Assembly: GCA_002504845.1 (NCBI GenBank)
Contig: DATW01000049.1
Coordinates: 1-53,136 of the forward strand
From: Euryarchaeota archaeon UBA250
Lineage (GTDB): Archaea > Thermoplasmatota > Poseidoniia > Poseidoniales > Thalassarchaeaceae
DNA: 53,136 bases
Reading direction: 5' to 3'
Part shown: positions 25,656-33,716 of the stretch, piece after piece
How positions within the stretch are numbered: the first letter of the stretch is position 1
How the letters are laid out: each line of letters opens with the position of its first letter
The notes under the pieces: generated by a model
Told to the model about the DNA's origin: nothing
The model's database searches: none
Seen by the model: the letters and a program-made list of their open reading frames with translations, nothing else
Position numbers and translations under genes: made by a program

Positions 25656-27485
25656 ATGTACGATTACGAATGTCATGAACATGATGTTGTTGTAATTGGG
25701 GCAGGCGGAGCAGGGCTCAGGGCCGCTATTGAAGCCAGTTCCATGGGCGTCAGTGTTGCATTGGTCTGTAAATCGATGTTGGGTAAAGCGCATACTGTGA
25801 TGGCTGAGGGAGGTGCAGCTGCTGCCCTTGCCAACAAGGACTCACGCGATTCATGGAAGACGCACTTCCGCGATACGATGAAGGGCGGAAAATATCTCAA
25901 TGATTGGAGGATGGCGCGTATCCATGCTCAAGAAGCTCCTGATCGGATAAGAGAGCTTGAGACGTGGGGGGCCGTATTCGATCGGACTCGAGAAGGGCGA
26001 ATCAATCAGCGAAATTTTGGTGGGCACACATACCCTAGGCTTGCACATATCGGAGATGCTACCGGACTCGAAATAATTCGTACTCTTCAAGAAAAAGGAG
26101 TCCATATGGGAATGGATGTTTTCATGGAATTTACAGTATGTAGATTATTCACATCTAGTGGGCGGATATCCGGGTGTCTGGCATATGATAGGCAGAGGGG
26201 AAGAGCTCATGTCTTCAAGGCGAAAACTATCGTACTTGCTACTGGAGGAATAACCCGATGTTGGTCAGTATGCTCGGGCTCTTGGGAATATACGGGGGAC
26301 GGTCATGCATTAGCATATTGGACAGGTGCAGAAATGGGCGACATGGAATTCGTTCAGTTCCACCCGACAGGCATGATATGGCCGCCAAGCGTTCGTGGCA
26401 TACTAGTTACTGAAGGAGTAAGGGGGGAAGGAGGCATGCTAAGAAACTCAGAAGGGGATCGTTTCATGTTCAACTATGTCCCTGAGATGTTCAGGAAGGA
26501 GTTTGCAGATACTGAAGAAGAAGCTCTGGCATGGGTTGAAGAGGTAATATCGGACAAACAAGCTACGAATAGAAGGCCTCCTGAACTCCTGACACGGGAT
26601 GTAGTTGCCAAGGCAATTAACAGCGAAAAGGCAGCAGGTCGTGCAAGTGAGCATGGAGGGGCGTATCTGAATATATCTTGGCGGCCGGCTGATCAGGTTC
26701 GGAAGAAATTGCCTGGGATGTATCATCAATTCAAGGAGCTTGCAGGAGTTGACATAACAAAGCAGGCAATGGAAGTAGGACCGACGGCGCATTATGTAAT
26801 GGGGGGCGTTAAGGTGGATCCTGAGTCCCAAGAGTCTACTGTTCCAGGGCTATATGCCGCAGGGGAGTCTGCAACGGGATTGCATGGCGCTAACAGATTG
26901 GGCGGGAACTCCCTTTCCGATCTTGTGACATTTGGACGGAGAGCAGGGCTATATGCTTCGAAGGCGGCATCTGCTATGGACACGTGGGGAGAGATAGAAG
27001 AAGATGAAATACAAAACGGAATCGACCACATGATGGCTCCATTGAACCGTGAGGGAGGGGAAAATCCAGCTGCTATTGTGCATGATCTTAGAGAGATGAT
27101 GCAAGAAAAAGTGGGGATAATCAGAACTCGAGAACAGTTAGTAGAGGCGCTAGATGATCTTGAAGCGTTGAGGGTTCGTTCACAATCCTGTTCACCTGGA
27201 GGAGGGGTGATTTACAATCCAGGCTGGCATCAGGCTCTAGAACTAGAGGCCATGATTGATGTAAGCCAAATGTGTGCTCTTGCAGCGCTGGAGCGGGAAG
27301 AGAGCCGTGGCGGACATACAAGAGATGATTTTCCGACCCCAGACCATGATTCCTGGGGTAAAGTAAACAGCGTAATTACGAAAGATTCGGATGGCAACAT
27401 GAAAATTGAGCACAGGAGTTATCCGCCGATTCCAGATGAATTGAAGCAATTACTCGATTCTGATGACCTGGATGGTGACTCATGA
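25656..27485 (+). CDS. sdhA: Succinate dehydrogenase/fumarate reductase flavoprotein subunit
   Basis: VVVIGAGGAGLRAAIEA, the FAD-attachment region HTVMAEGG, FVQFHPTG, LYAAGESATGLHGANRLGGNSL, and ESRGGHTRDDFP. Confidence 0.95.
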   Translation: MYDYECHEHDVVVIGAGGAGLRAAIEASSMGVSVALVCKSMLGKAHTVMAEGGAAAALANKDSRDSWKTHFRDTMKGGKYLNDWRMARIHAQEAPDRIRELETWGAVFDRTREGRINQRNFGGHTYPRLAHIGDATGLEIIRTLQEKGVHMGMDVFMEFTVCRLFTSSGRISGCLAYDRQRGRAHVFKAKTIVLATGGITRCWSVCSGSWEYTGDGHALAYWTGAEMGDMEFVQFHPTGMIWPPSVRGILVTEGVRGEGGMLRNSEGDRFMFNYVPEMFRKEFADTEEEALAWVEEVISDKQATNRRPPELLTRDVVAKAINSEKAAGRASEHGGAYLNISWRPADQVRKKLPGMYHQFKELAGVDITKQAMEVGPTAHYVMGGVKVDPESQESTVPGLYAAGESATGLHGANRLGGNSLSDLVTFGRRAGLYASKAASAMDTWGEIEEDEIQNGIDHMMAPLNREGGENPAAIVHDLREMMQEKVGIIRTREQLVEALDDLEALRVRSQSCSPGGGVIYNPGWHQALELEAMIDVSQMCALAALEREESRGGHTRDDFPTPDHDSWGKVNSVITKDSDGNMKIEHRSYPPIPDELKQLLDSDDLDGDS

Positions 27486-28273
27486 TGAAGAAGCAAGTGA
27501 CGTTCCGAGTATTCAGAAGTCATACAGGGGAACGACCCTATGCCAGCCATCCTAGAACTGAATCATCGGTCGGCAAAATGTCCGATTATGAAGTCGAATA
27601 TGATGAGGGGATGGTTGTTCTAGACGTCATCCACAGAATACAAGCAGAACATGCTCCTGATTTAGCATGTCGTTGGAACTGTAAAGCAGGGAAGTGCGGC
27701 TCTTGCTCTGCAGAGGTCAATGGCAAATCCCGTCTAATGTGCATGACTAGAATGTCAGACATCATGGAAGAGACGCCGGAAAATGAACCTGTTACTGTAC
27801 GTCCAATGCAAGGTTTCCCATTAATTCGAGACCTAGTCACTGATGTTAGCTGGGCTTACGAGATGAATAAGAAGATGGTTCCGGTAAATGGTCCCGACAA
27901 ACTTGACTGGGAGTTCAATCAAAACGAAGCAGACAGGATTCAGGAGTTCAGACAGTGCATAGAGTGCATGCTGTGCGTGAATACGTGTCACGTTATCAGG
28001 GAACATGAAAAATTTGACGATTTTGCGGGCCCGAGATTCTTTGTGAGGATGGCGGGGCTGGAAATGCACCCACTTGATACTGAAAGTCGTATACCTCAGA
28101 TCAAAGAAGACTTCGGCATAGGTTACTGCAACATTACGAGATGTTGTACTGAAGTATGCCCAGCTGGAATAAACATAACAGATAATGCGATTATACCCCT
28201 CAAAGAAAGAGTCGTGACAGAGTACTATGATCCAATTGCAATGATTGCTAGGAAAATTGGAATCAAGCGTTAA
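27482..28273 (+). CDS. sdhB: Succinate dehydrogenase iron-sulfur subunit
   Basis: The ATGA overlap with sdhA. Cluster motifs are CRWNCKAGKCGSCSAEVNG, CIECMLCVNTC and CTEVCPAGI. Confidence 0.93.
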   Translation: MMKKQVTFRVFRSHTGERPYASHPRTESSVGKMSDYEVEYDEGMVVLDVIHRIQAEHAPDLACRWNCKAGKCGSCSAEVNGKSRLMCMTRMSDIMEETPENEPVTVRPMQGFPLIRDLVTDVSWAYEMNKKMVPVNGPDKLDWEFNQNEADRIQEFRQCIECMLCVNTCHVIREHEKFDDFAGPRFFVRMAGLEMHPLDTESRIPQIKEDFGIGYCNITRCCTEVCPAGINITDNAIIPLKERVVTEYYDPIAMIARKIGIKR

Positions 28274-28381
28274 ACCAACGAAACGTCTTGACCTTTCGAT
28301 ATTGTGTTGATAGCCCCCGAGAGCAGAAGCCCTCGGAGGTGTTGCGTAATTCTAGCCTATGATCGAGGCAGGTTTAGGCAC

Positions 28382-28648
28382 TCAAAGGCGCCTGATGCCT
28401 GACTTCTTCACATTGGCTTTCTTGATCTTAGCAGGAAGCCATGCAGGGCCAGAAGCTGGCCTGTCTACCATAGACACTGAGCCGGAGAAACAGTGGACCC
28501 TGTTGGTTCCCCTCTCTCTCAGCTCAATGCTGGTATGTCCTCGAGTTGCGGCCTTTAGGGCAGCTCCTCGGGGTTGCTTCGAAACGAACACGTGGTCCGA
28601 ATCGCTTCCGTCTTTGTTTAGCAGTACGAAGTACTTCTTGTCACTCAT
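28382..28648 (-). CDS. Non-histone chromatin protein MC1
   Basis: MSDKKYFVLLNKDGSDSDHVFVSKQPRGAALKAATRGHTSIELRERGTNRVHCFSGSVSMVDRPASGPAWLPAKIKKANVKK aligns by eye with Methanosarcina/haloarchaeal MC1 (..GKQPRQAALKAANRG..IRLRERGTKKVHVF..P.W.P.KI.KP.VKK). ATG at 28648 has GGAGGT 8 nt upstream. The upstream 41 codons of the track ORF are rejected. Confidence 0.85.
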   Translation of the reverse strand: MSDKKYFVLLNKDGSDSDHVFVSKQPRGAALKAATRGHTSIELRERGTNRVHCFSGSVSMVDRPASGPAWLPAKIKKANVKKSGIRRL

Positions 28649-28682
28649 GGTACAATACCTCCGACGTACAAGCATGCTGTTG

Positions 28683-28700
28683 TATATATATCCGTTTCCC
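28683..28700 (-). promoter_or_regulatory. TATA box (TATATATA) plus purine-rich BRE-like upstream element of the MC1 gene
   Basis: The minus strand reads GGGAAACGGATATATATACA. The TATA centre is about 39 nt upstream of ATG 28648. Confidence 0.5.
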
Positions 28701-28774
28701 CGATTTCGATTGACTGCGAGGCTGAGAGTGCTAAAATGGGCATTCCGGGGGAAGAAAAAACGTCTTTTCACCTT

Positions 28775-29035
28775 CTAAAATTCAGCGCAAGCAAGGGTCT
28801 TTGTGGTCGTAACACCGCTTATCGAACGTATACTCTCAACCACCATTCTGGCTATATCACCAACTGAATCTGCCTCGACCTTGACAATGAGATCATGGTC
28901 ACCAAATAGAACGTTTGCTTCAGATACAAAATCCATTTTTGATGCCGCCTTGTGAACCTCTATTTCAGATCCTGGTTCAACGTTGATCAGCACGAATCCT
29001 GTTGCCATAGAGGGTAATGGCAGTATCAAAGACAT
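28775..29035 (-). CDS. Stand-alone Lrp/AsnC ligand-binding (RAM) domain protein
   Basis: ATGFVLINVEPGSEIEVHKAASKMDFVSEANVLFGDHDLIVKVEADSVGDIARMVVESIRSISGVTTTKT is a typical AsnC_trans_reg domain without an HTH. The alternative start is ATG 29008. Confidence 0.7.
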   Translation of the reverse strand: MSLILPLPSMATGFVLINVEPGSEIEVHKAASKMDFVSEANVLFGDHDLIVKVEADSVGDIARMVVESIRSISGVTTTKTLACAEF

Positions 29036-29102
29036 GAATGCTTCGTAAAATTACCACTTTCAGTCGATGGGGATATAGGTCGGGGCCGGTTCGGCCGGCT
29101 GT

Positions 29103-29744
29103 ATGGCTGACACCATCATCGTGAGGGAATGCCTGTATGGGCAAGTTCGCGTAATGTATGGAGACCTCACAAAAGAAGAGGGGGACGTGCTAGTAACGCC
29201 TGCAAATAATCGTCTCGCAGGCAGAGAAGGCGTCGATGAAATGGTCCATCAGGCCGCTGGTCCCGAGCTTCGGGAGCATACTCATGGAATCGCGGTTGAG
29301 CGGCGAAAGGAGAATCTCCCCCCTTGTGGCGTCGGCGAGGCAGTGGTGACTCCTACATTCTCGCTCCCGCATGGAAGTCTTGTCCATGTGGTTGGACCTG
29401 ATTGTCGTCGTCCGACACAGGACACTGATCGAAGAGAACTCCTGAAAGCAGCCTATGCATCACTGTTCAAGGAAATTGAGGGGATAAAGAACCGGGATAC
29501 GATTGTTCTACCTCCTCTTAGTATGGATATATTCCAATATCCTCATCGCGAAGGTGCAAGGATGACGATGGAGATCGTTCTTGCGTGGATGGATTCTGGA
29601 GATGACCCCGGGGTTAAAAAAGTCAAAATCATCACTCAGGAGGCGAATTTCATAAACAATATGAAGACGGTGTACAGAGAATCTGAGGACAGGTTCCCTG
29701 GTGTCGATCGTACAAGAGAATATCGACGTGGCCTGATTGATTAG
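29103..29744 (+). CDS. Macro domain protein (ADP-ribose binding/hydrolase fold)
   Basis: YGDLTKEEGDVLVTPANNRLAGREGVDEMVHQAAGPEL...GEAVVTPTFSLPHGSLVHVVGP...IVLPPLSMDIFQYP follows the macro consensus GDIT..DAIVNAAN..L.GGGGVDGAIH.AAGP...HAVGP...PAISTGIYGYP. Confidence 0.8.
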   Translation: MADTIIVRECLYGQVRVMYGDLTKEEGDVLVTPANNRLAGREGVDEMVHQAAGPELREHTHGIAVERRKENLPPCGVGEAVVTPTFSLPHGSLVHVVGPDCRRPTQDTDRRELLKAAYASLFKEIEGIKNRDTIVLPPLSMDIFQYPHREGARMTMEIVLAWMDSGDDPGVKKVKIITQEANFINNMKTVYRESEDRFPGVDRTREYRRGLID

Positions 29745-30520
29745 TTGGCTCTAACTCGATTAGAATGTGTCTTTATTGCTTCATGCATAGACATACGACC
29801 AACGGCTACTGCCTTTGCAAGGGATCTTGGGATTGTAAGCCTGCCCTCGGATATCGTACGAGATCTCCTCTGAATCTCTCTTAATTCTCCATCTGTCGGG
29901 TCGACTACTAATCGCTGAATGACTCGAGTCCCGATTTTTCGCGCTATTCTTGCAGCCGAAGCTGAATGATTGTGCCTTGAACCCCTTGATGTTCTTCTCT
30001 CATCTACAAATTCGACAATATGCCCCCTTGCCAAACATACGTTGGCAAGTCTTCTTGCAATAGTTCGTGAGCCGTCACCCACGCGGACAACGTAGGTTTT
30101 GGGAGAAATATTGTCAACAATCAACCCTATCTGGTCAGATGCTTCATCCACCGACTCAAGCTGAATTGCTCCCAATAATTTGCCGCAGGACATCCATGCA
30201 AGACCGGGCCTAGGACCGGAATCTACACCAAAGACGAGATGCTTGACAGGCACCGTTGGGCCTAGTATTGCAGAAGATATCGCTGTCTCTAAATTATCCA
30301 CTGTACAAGCTACTCCCCGGGAGTCATGCTGCGACTCGACCTCGGAAGGCGTTCCGAACCATATTGGCATTGAGGCGGGGACAGGATCTTCTGGAGCGAA
30401 TTGTATCGGCCTTATGCCACATGAACGAAGTGCATCGATTAGCCTGTATGCAAGTTGGTAATCCCGAGTGCGGATACCTGCGCATTCCACGATGAGGGTT
30501 GTGAAAGAGACGGTGTTCAA
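29741..30520 (-). CDS. Hypothetical protein with YqgF/RuvX-like RNase-H-fold core
   Basis: LVFGVDSGPRPGLAWM (first acidic strand), YVVRVGDGSRT, and IVEFVDERRTS (compare RuvX DERLTT). The N-terminal 90 aa and C-terminal 60 aa are unassigned. Recognition is by eye only. Confidence 0.45.
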   Translation of the reverse strand: MNTVSFTTLIVECAGIRTRDYQLAYRLIDALRSCGIRPIQFAPEDPVPASMPIWFGTPSEVESQHDSRGVACTVDNLETAISSAILGPTVPVKHLVFGVDSGPRPGLAWMSCGKLLGAIQLESVDEASDQIGLIVDNISPKTYVVRVGDGSRTIARRLANVCLARGHIVEFVDERRTSRGSRHNHSASAARIARKIGTRVIQRLVVDPTDGELREIQRRSRTISEGRLTIPRSLAKAVAVGRMSMHEAIKTHSNRVRAN

Positions 30521-30627
30521 GCCTTGCTGTGGATAATCGGCCGCGAATGTGAAAATATGCCATTACACCGAATTAAGAATCCTTAGTGACCGGTGTCGTC
30601 ATTAGCCCACCCGATACAATCGCCGTT

Positions 30628-31173
30628 ATGAGCGGCCCGTATGAGCGAGAATTACGATCTGTCTTGGCCGGCGAGAGAAAGGGTGTAATTGCTGTCACGA
30701 GATCTTGTAATGAGGTCGAGAGAGCTCGGGCCATGCAAGTTTGTGAGAGGCCATTTCTGGTGGTCAGAGCGCCGGGCAGCGGTTCTGAAGGCACTGGTGA
30801 TTTACTAGTTCTAAGAGGAGACGTTTGCTTTCCGATAGAGGTTAAATCATCCAAAGTTAGCAAAATATACCTATCAGGCAGAACAATGACTCAATATGAA
30901 GCATTTCAGAAAACTGGTGAGCGTTGTGGCCTTCTGCCACTTTATGCCTTCAGGTTGAAAGGTGTAAGGGGCGATAGTTGGAGGATATTTTCTGTTCCCG
31001 TGGAGGGGCTAAGAGGGAAAATGAGGTTGATAGCAAATCGTGTGCCTGAACTTCCCCTAACACGAAATGGAGCTCCACATCTTGACTGGGAGAAGGGGAT
31101 GCCGCTGAACGGGTTCATTGCTATGATCTGTCGTTCAGACGGTTCCAGACCGGCCTTAGACATCAGTCTGTGA
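30628..31173 (+). CDS. hjc: Holliday junction resolvase Hjc (PD-(D/E)xK), with about 25-aa N-terminal insert and C-terminal extension
   Basis: GPYERELRSVL, VVRAPGSGSEGTGDLLVL, and FPIEVKSSKVSKIYLS give the E...D...E-x-K catalytic pattern of archaeal Hjc. YAFRLKG...WRIF follows. The track start at 30586 is GTG; ATG at 30628 is used. Confidence 0.72.
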   Translation: MSGPYERELRSVLAGERKGVIAVTRSCNEVERARAMQVCERPFLVVRAPGSGSEGTGDLLVLRGDVCFPIEVKSSKVSKIYLSGRTMTQYEAFQKTGERCGLLPLYAFRLKGVRGDSWRIFSVPVEGLRGKMRLIANRVPELPLTRNGAPHLDWEKGMPLNGFIAMICRSDGSRPALDISL

Positions 31174-31327
31174 GTTCTTTCTCAATTGCTTCTATGACCT
31201 TCTTCGTATCATTGATTTCAGATTTTGATGTATCGAGATCGATTCTTTCTAATCGCGCCGATACCGCATCACGCTCTTTTTTGATGCGGCTCAAAATTCT
31301 CTTAGCGCGCTTGTCATCGCCATCCAT
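31163..31327 (-). CDS. Possible 54-aa charged coiled-coil protein (below the ORF-track length cut-off)
   Basis: My translation is MDGDDKRAKRILSRIKKERDAVSARLERIDLDTSKSEINDTKKVIEAIEKELTD. It fills an otherwise roughly 230-nt non-coding gap and overlaps the hjc 3' end by 11 nt. Confidence 0.3.
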   Translation of the reverse strand: MDGDDKRAKRILSRIKKERDAVSARLERIDLDTSKSEINDTKKVIEAIEKELTD

Positions 31328-31406
31328 GCTATTGCCCCAGTAACCATGAACTTGGGTGTTACTATTAACACGACATATTCAAGCAGGAGTCCATTTGCAG
31401 GAAACC

Positions 31407-32906
31407 ATGGAGAATCAGCCGATAGGGACGAATCAGATTCTCCTATTGCTTGGAATAGCCCTTCTTACGTTAAATGGAGTGTTCTCGGTTTTAGTTGGAT
31501 TCATGCTCTCAATGTGGTATGTTAGCATCATTATTCTAGAGTACAGGGGTGTTCTGGATAAGTGGAATTCAACCAGAGTACTTGGCCTGATACTCATGAT
31601 TAGAACCAATCGGGGGAAGAAGGCCGCAGAATGGATCGCTCGTCCTCGGCGTCTTTGGCGGGTCTTTGGAGAGTTGTCCATATGGCTCTGCTTCAGTGTC
31701 ATGATTCTGCTAATTATGGGCATTCTTGCAAGTGCTCTTGAAACTGCAAGAGCTCCGGCTGAACAGCAAGTTCTGCCAGCTACAGACATACTTTTCATCC
31801 CAGGGGTAACGAGTTTCGTACCAATATTCTGGCCTCTTCTAGCACTAATCGTGACAGTGGTGATTCACGAATATGGGCATGGACTTCAGGCAAGAGCCCA
31901 TGGAATGCGGATTCGAAGTTTTGGAATACTTCTCGCAGGAATCATTCCAGTAGGGGCGTTTTACGAGCCTGAGCAAGAGGAAATTCGAATCGCGCCTTCG
32001 CGTGAAAGACTTCGACTGTTCGCAGCTGGACCATCAATCAATATCGTCCTGACGTACATCCTGGTCATCTTACTGGCTGGGGCGTCGCACGGACTAGTAG
32101 CAACTGAAAAGGGAGTCTATGCAGTAGGTATCGTAGAAGACTCTGGGGCCGAAGAAGCAGGCCTTCTACCGTATGAATTGATCATGCAGGTTGATGATAT
32201 CGCTCTTGAGGATCCAGAAGATTTGACCAATGTACTTGATTCGCATATGGCGGGGGATACGATTCTTCTGACCGTCGGAACTAATCCATTCTATGGGCCG
32301 ATGGAAACTAGAACATTGGAAGCAACACTCACAGACAAGAAAGCCTACTATTACGAATTGTGTGGGGAAGATTCGGAATGCAAATCTAACGTTGATCAAG
32401 CAGGAATAGAAGATGGCGAGGGTTTTCTCGGAGTTAGCGGCATAAGGTCGGCAGATAGTGCCGCTAGGGTATACGGCCTCCCACTTGAGGATGGTCTCAC
32501 CACAGGACAACGTGCAGTTTTGGTGGCCTTGTCCCCGCTGCTATTTGGAGCGATTCCTATCCAGAACCAAGGACAGACGATGGTGCTGCAAGAGAGGGCT
32601 TTCCTGAGTGCTGGAGAAGGTCTGATTCCATCTATCCTGGGAACAGTTGGCATGTTAGGGCTCTTTGACTTCCTATTCTGGATAATGTGGATCAGTTTCC
32701 TACTGGGAGTTGCAAATCTGATACCCCTGATACCTTTTGATGGGGGGCACATGGTTAGAGATGCAGGGCACATAGTAGCAAGGAAGATCATGCGTGGTTC
32801 CAATCCCCTGAAGATTGAACGTCTTGCTGATAGATTGAGTGGTTACAGTAGCCTACTCGTCCTCGCCTTGGTTATGATCCCCATCATCCTGCCCCGATTC
32901 TTCTAG
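31407..32906 (+). CDS. Site-2 protease family (M50) intramembrane metalloprotease with PDZ domain
   Basis: HEYGHGLQARAHG (HExxH), a PDZ-like segment VGIVEDSGAEEAGLLPYELIMQVDD, and ANLIPLIPFDGGHM (the NxxPxxxxDG motif). Confidence 0.85.
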   Translation: MENQPIGTNQILLLLGIALLTLNGVFSVLVGFMLSMWYVSIIILEYRGVLDKWNSTRVLGLILMIRTNRGKKAAEWIARPRRLWRVFGELSIWLCFSVMILLIMGILASALETARAPAEQQVLPATDILFIPGVTSFVPIFWPLLALIVTVVIHEYGHGLQARAHGMRIRSFGILLAGIIPVGAFYEPEQEEIRIAPSRERLRLFAAGPSINIVLTYILVILLAGASHGLVATEKGVYAVGIVEDSGAEEAGLLPYELIMQVDDIALEDPEDLTNVLDSHMAGDTILLTVGTNPFYGPMETRTLEATLTDKKAYYYELCGEDSECKSNVDQAGIEDGEGFLGVSGIRSADSAARVYGLPLEDGLTTGQRAVLVALSPLLFGAIPIQNQGQTMVLQERAFLSAGEGLIPSILGTVGMLGLFDFLFWIMWISFLLGVANLIPLIPFDGGHMVRDAGHIVARKIMRGSNPLKIERLADRLSGYSSLLVLALVMIPIILPRFF

Positions 32907-33716
32907 ATCGGATCTAAATGAGTCGATGATGAGCGGTGCAGCGATTATGCCGCCTATCACCAATGCAAGTTTCATCCAGCTAGATGACGGTACTGCGGGC
33001 CATGCGCCAGTCGTTAGAAGTTTTATCGATCCGAGCCAAGGAATTTCAGTCGAGGCGATACCAATGACCCACTCGTCTTTGACAGCAAGAACGGGGTTAC
33101 CATTCTCATCCTTGAGTCCTTGGCTCATTATGTACTGATCAGAAGCGTCTCTATCTGTGGCTCTGAGTTGATCGATTCTACATCCATTCGACTTTTCATT
33201 ATCTCCAGTTGTGAGATATCCCTCGTGACTGGGTATCCATCGGTCGATTCTCAGACTTCCGCCATGGGGGTAGCATTCGTATTGAAGGGTCACGGATATT
33301 TCATCTACGCCTCTTAAATCGGTACCAGGTACATCCCATCCACCAGATTCATTGTTAATCGCCTTGAGTATGGCTCTGTGAATCACAGGAGTATCACTTC
33401 CACCATTCTTCTTGTAGATGATGACATCACCAGGCATACCATGGCTTTCATACCCTTGATGGGGATTGCCTTCTTGCAATGACTCAACGAATGTTATGAC
33501 TCGATCTGCTCTTTCTGGGGCGGTTACCAGAATAAGGTCACCAGCGTCTATCGACCCTATCTCACCATCCTCTGAATGAATCATAGAATTGCTCTCAACC
33601 ACTACAAGGGGAGGCCATGACCCGGTAACGGCCCACAAACCGGAGAGTATGATGAAGACTAATGAAATAGATATCATTACTTCCCTGACTATCGACGACG
33701 TCATCTCAATCCACAT
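32853..33716 (-). CDS. Signal peptidase I, archaeal/ER Sec11 type (S26B), with enlarged ectodomain
   Basis: TM ISISLVFIILSGLWAV. Catalytic Ser box VVVESNSM, GDLILV, His box VIHRAI, and LTTGDNEKSNG. The track start at 33725 is TTG; ATGs are at 33716 and 33704. Confidence 0.8.
   Translation of the reverse strand: MWIEMTSSIVREVMISISLVFIILSGLWAVTGSWPPLVVVESNSMIHSEDGEIGSIDAGDLILVTAPERADRVITFVESLQEGNPHQGYESHGMPGDVIIYKKNGGSDTPVIHRAILKAINNESGGWDVPGTDLRGVDEISVTLQYECYPHGGSLRIDRWIPSHEGYLTTGDNEKSNGCRIDQLRATDRDASDQYIMSQGLKDENGNPVLAVKDEWVIGIASTEIPWLGSIKLLTTGAWPAVPSSSWMKLALVIGGIIAAPLIIDSFRSDLEESGQDDGDHNQGEDE

Noticed and set aside
28359-28778. A 139-aa plus-strand ORF, and the 129-aa extended minus-strand ORF, across the MC1 locus.
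   Set aside because: The plus ORF is antisense to MC1. The first 41 codons of the minus ORF run through the TATA box and SD of MC1, and they have no counterpart in MC1 proteins. The short 88-aa reading is preferred.
29103-31173. The macro domain plus adjacent nucleases as a DarTG-like toxin-antitoxin or defence cassette.
   Set aside because: No DarT-like ADP-ribosyltransferase or other toxin ORF is adjacent. The macro gene converges on its neighbour rather than forming an operon, and Hjc looks like a housekeeping resolvase.
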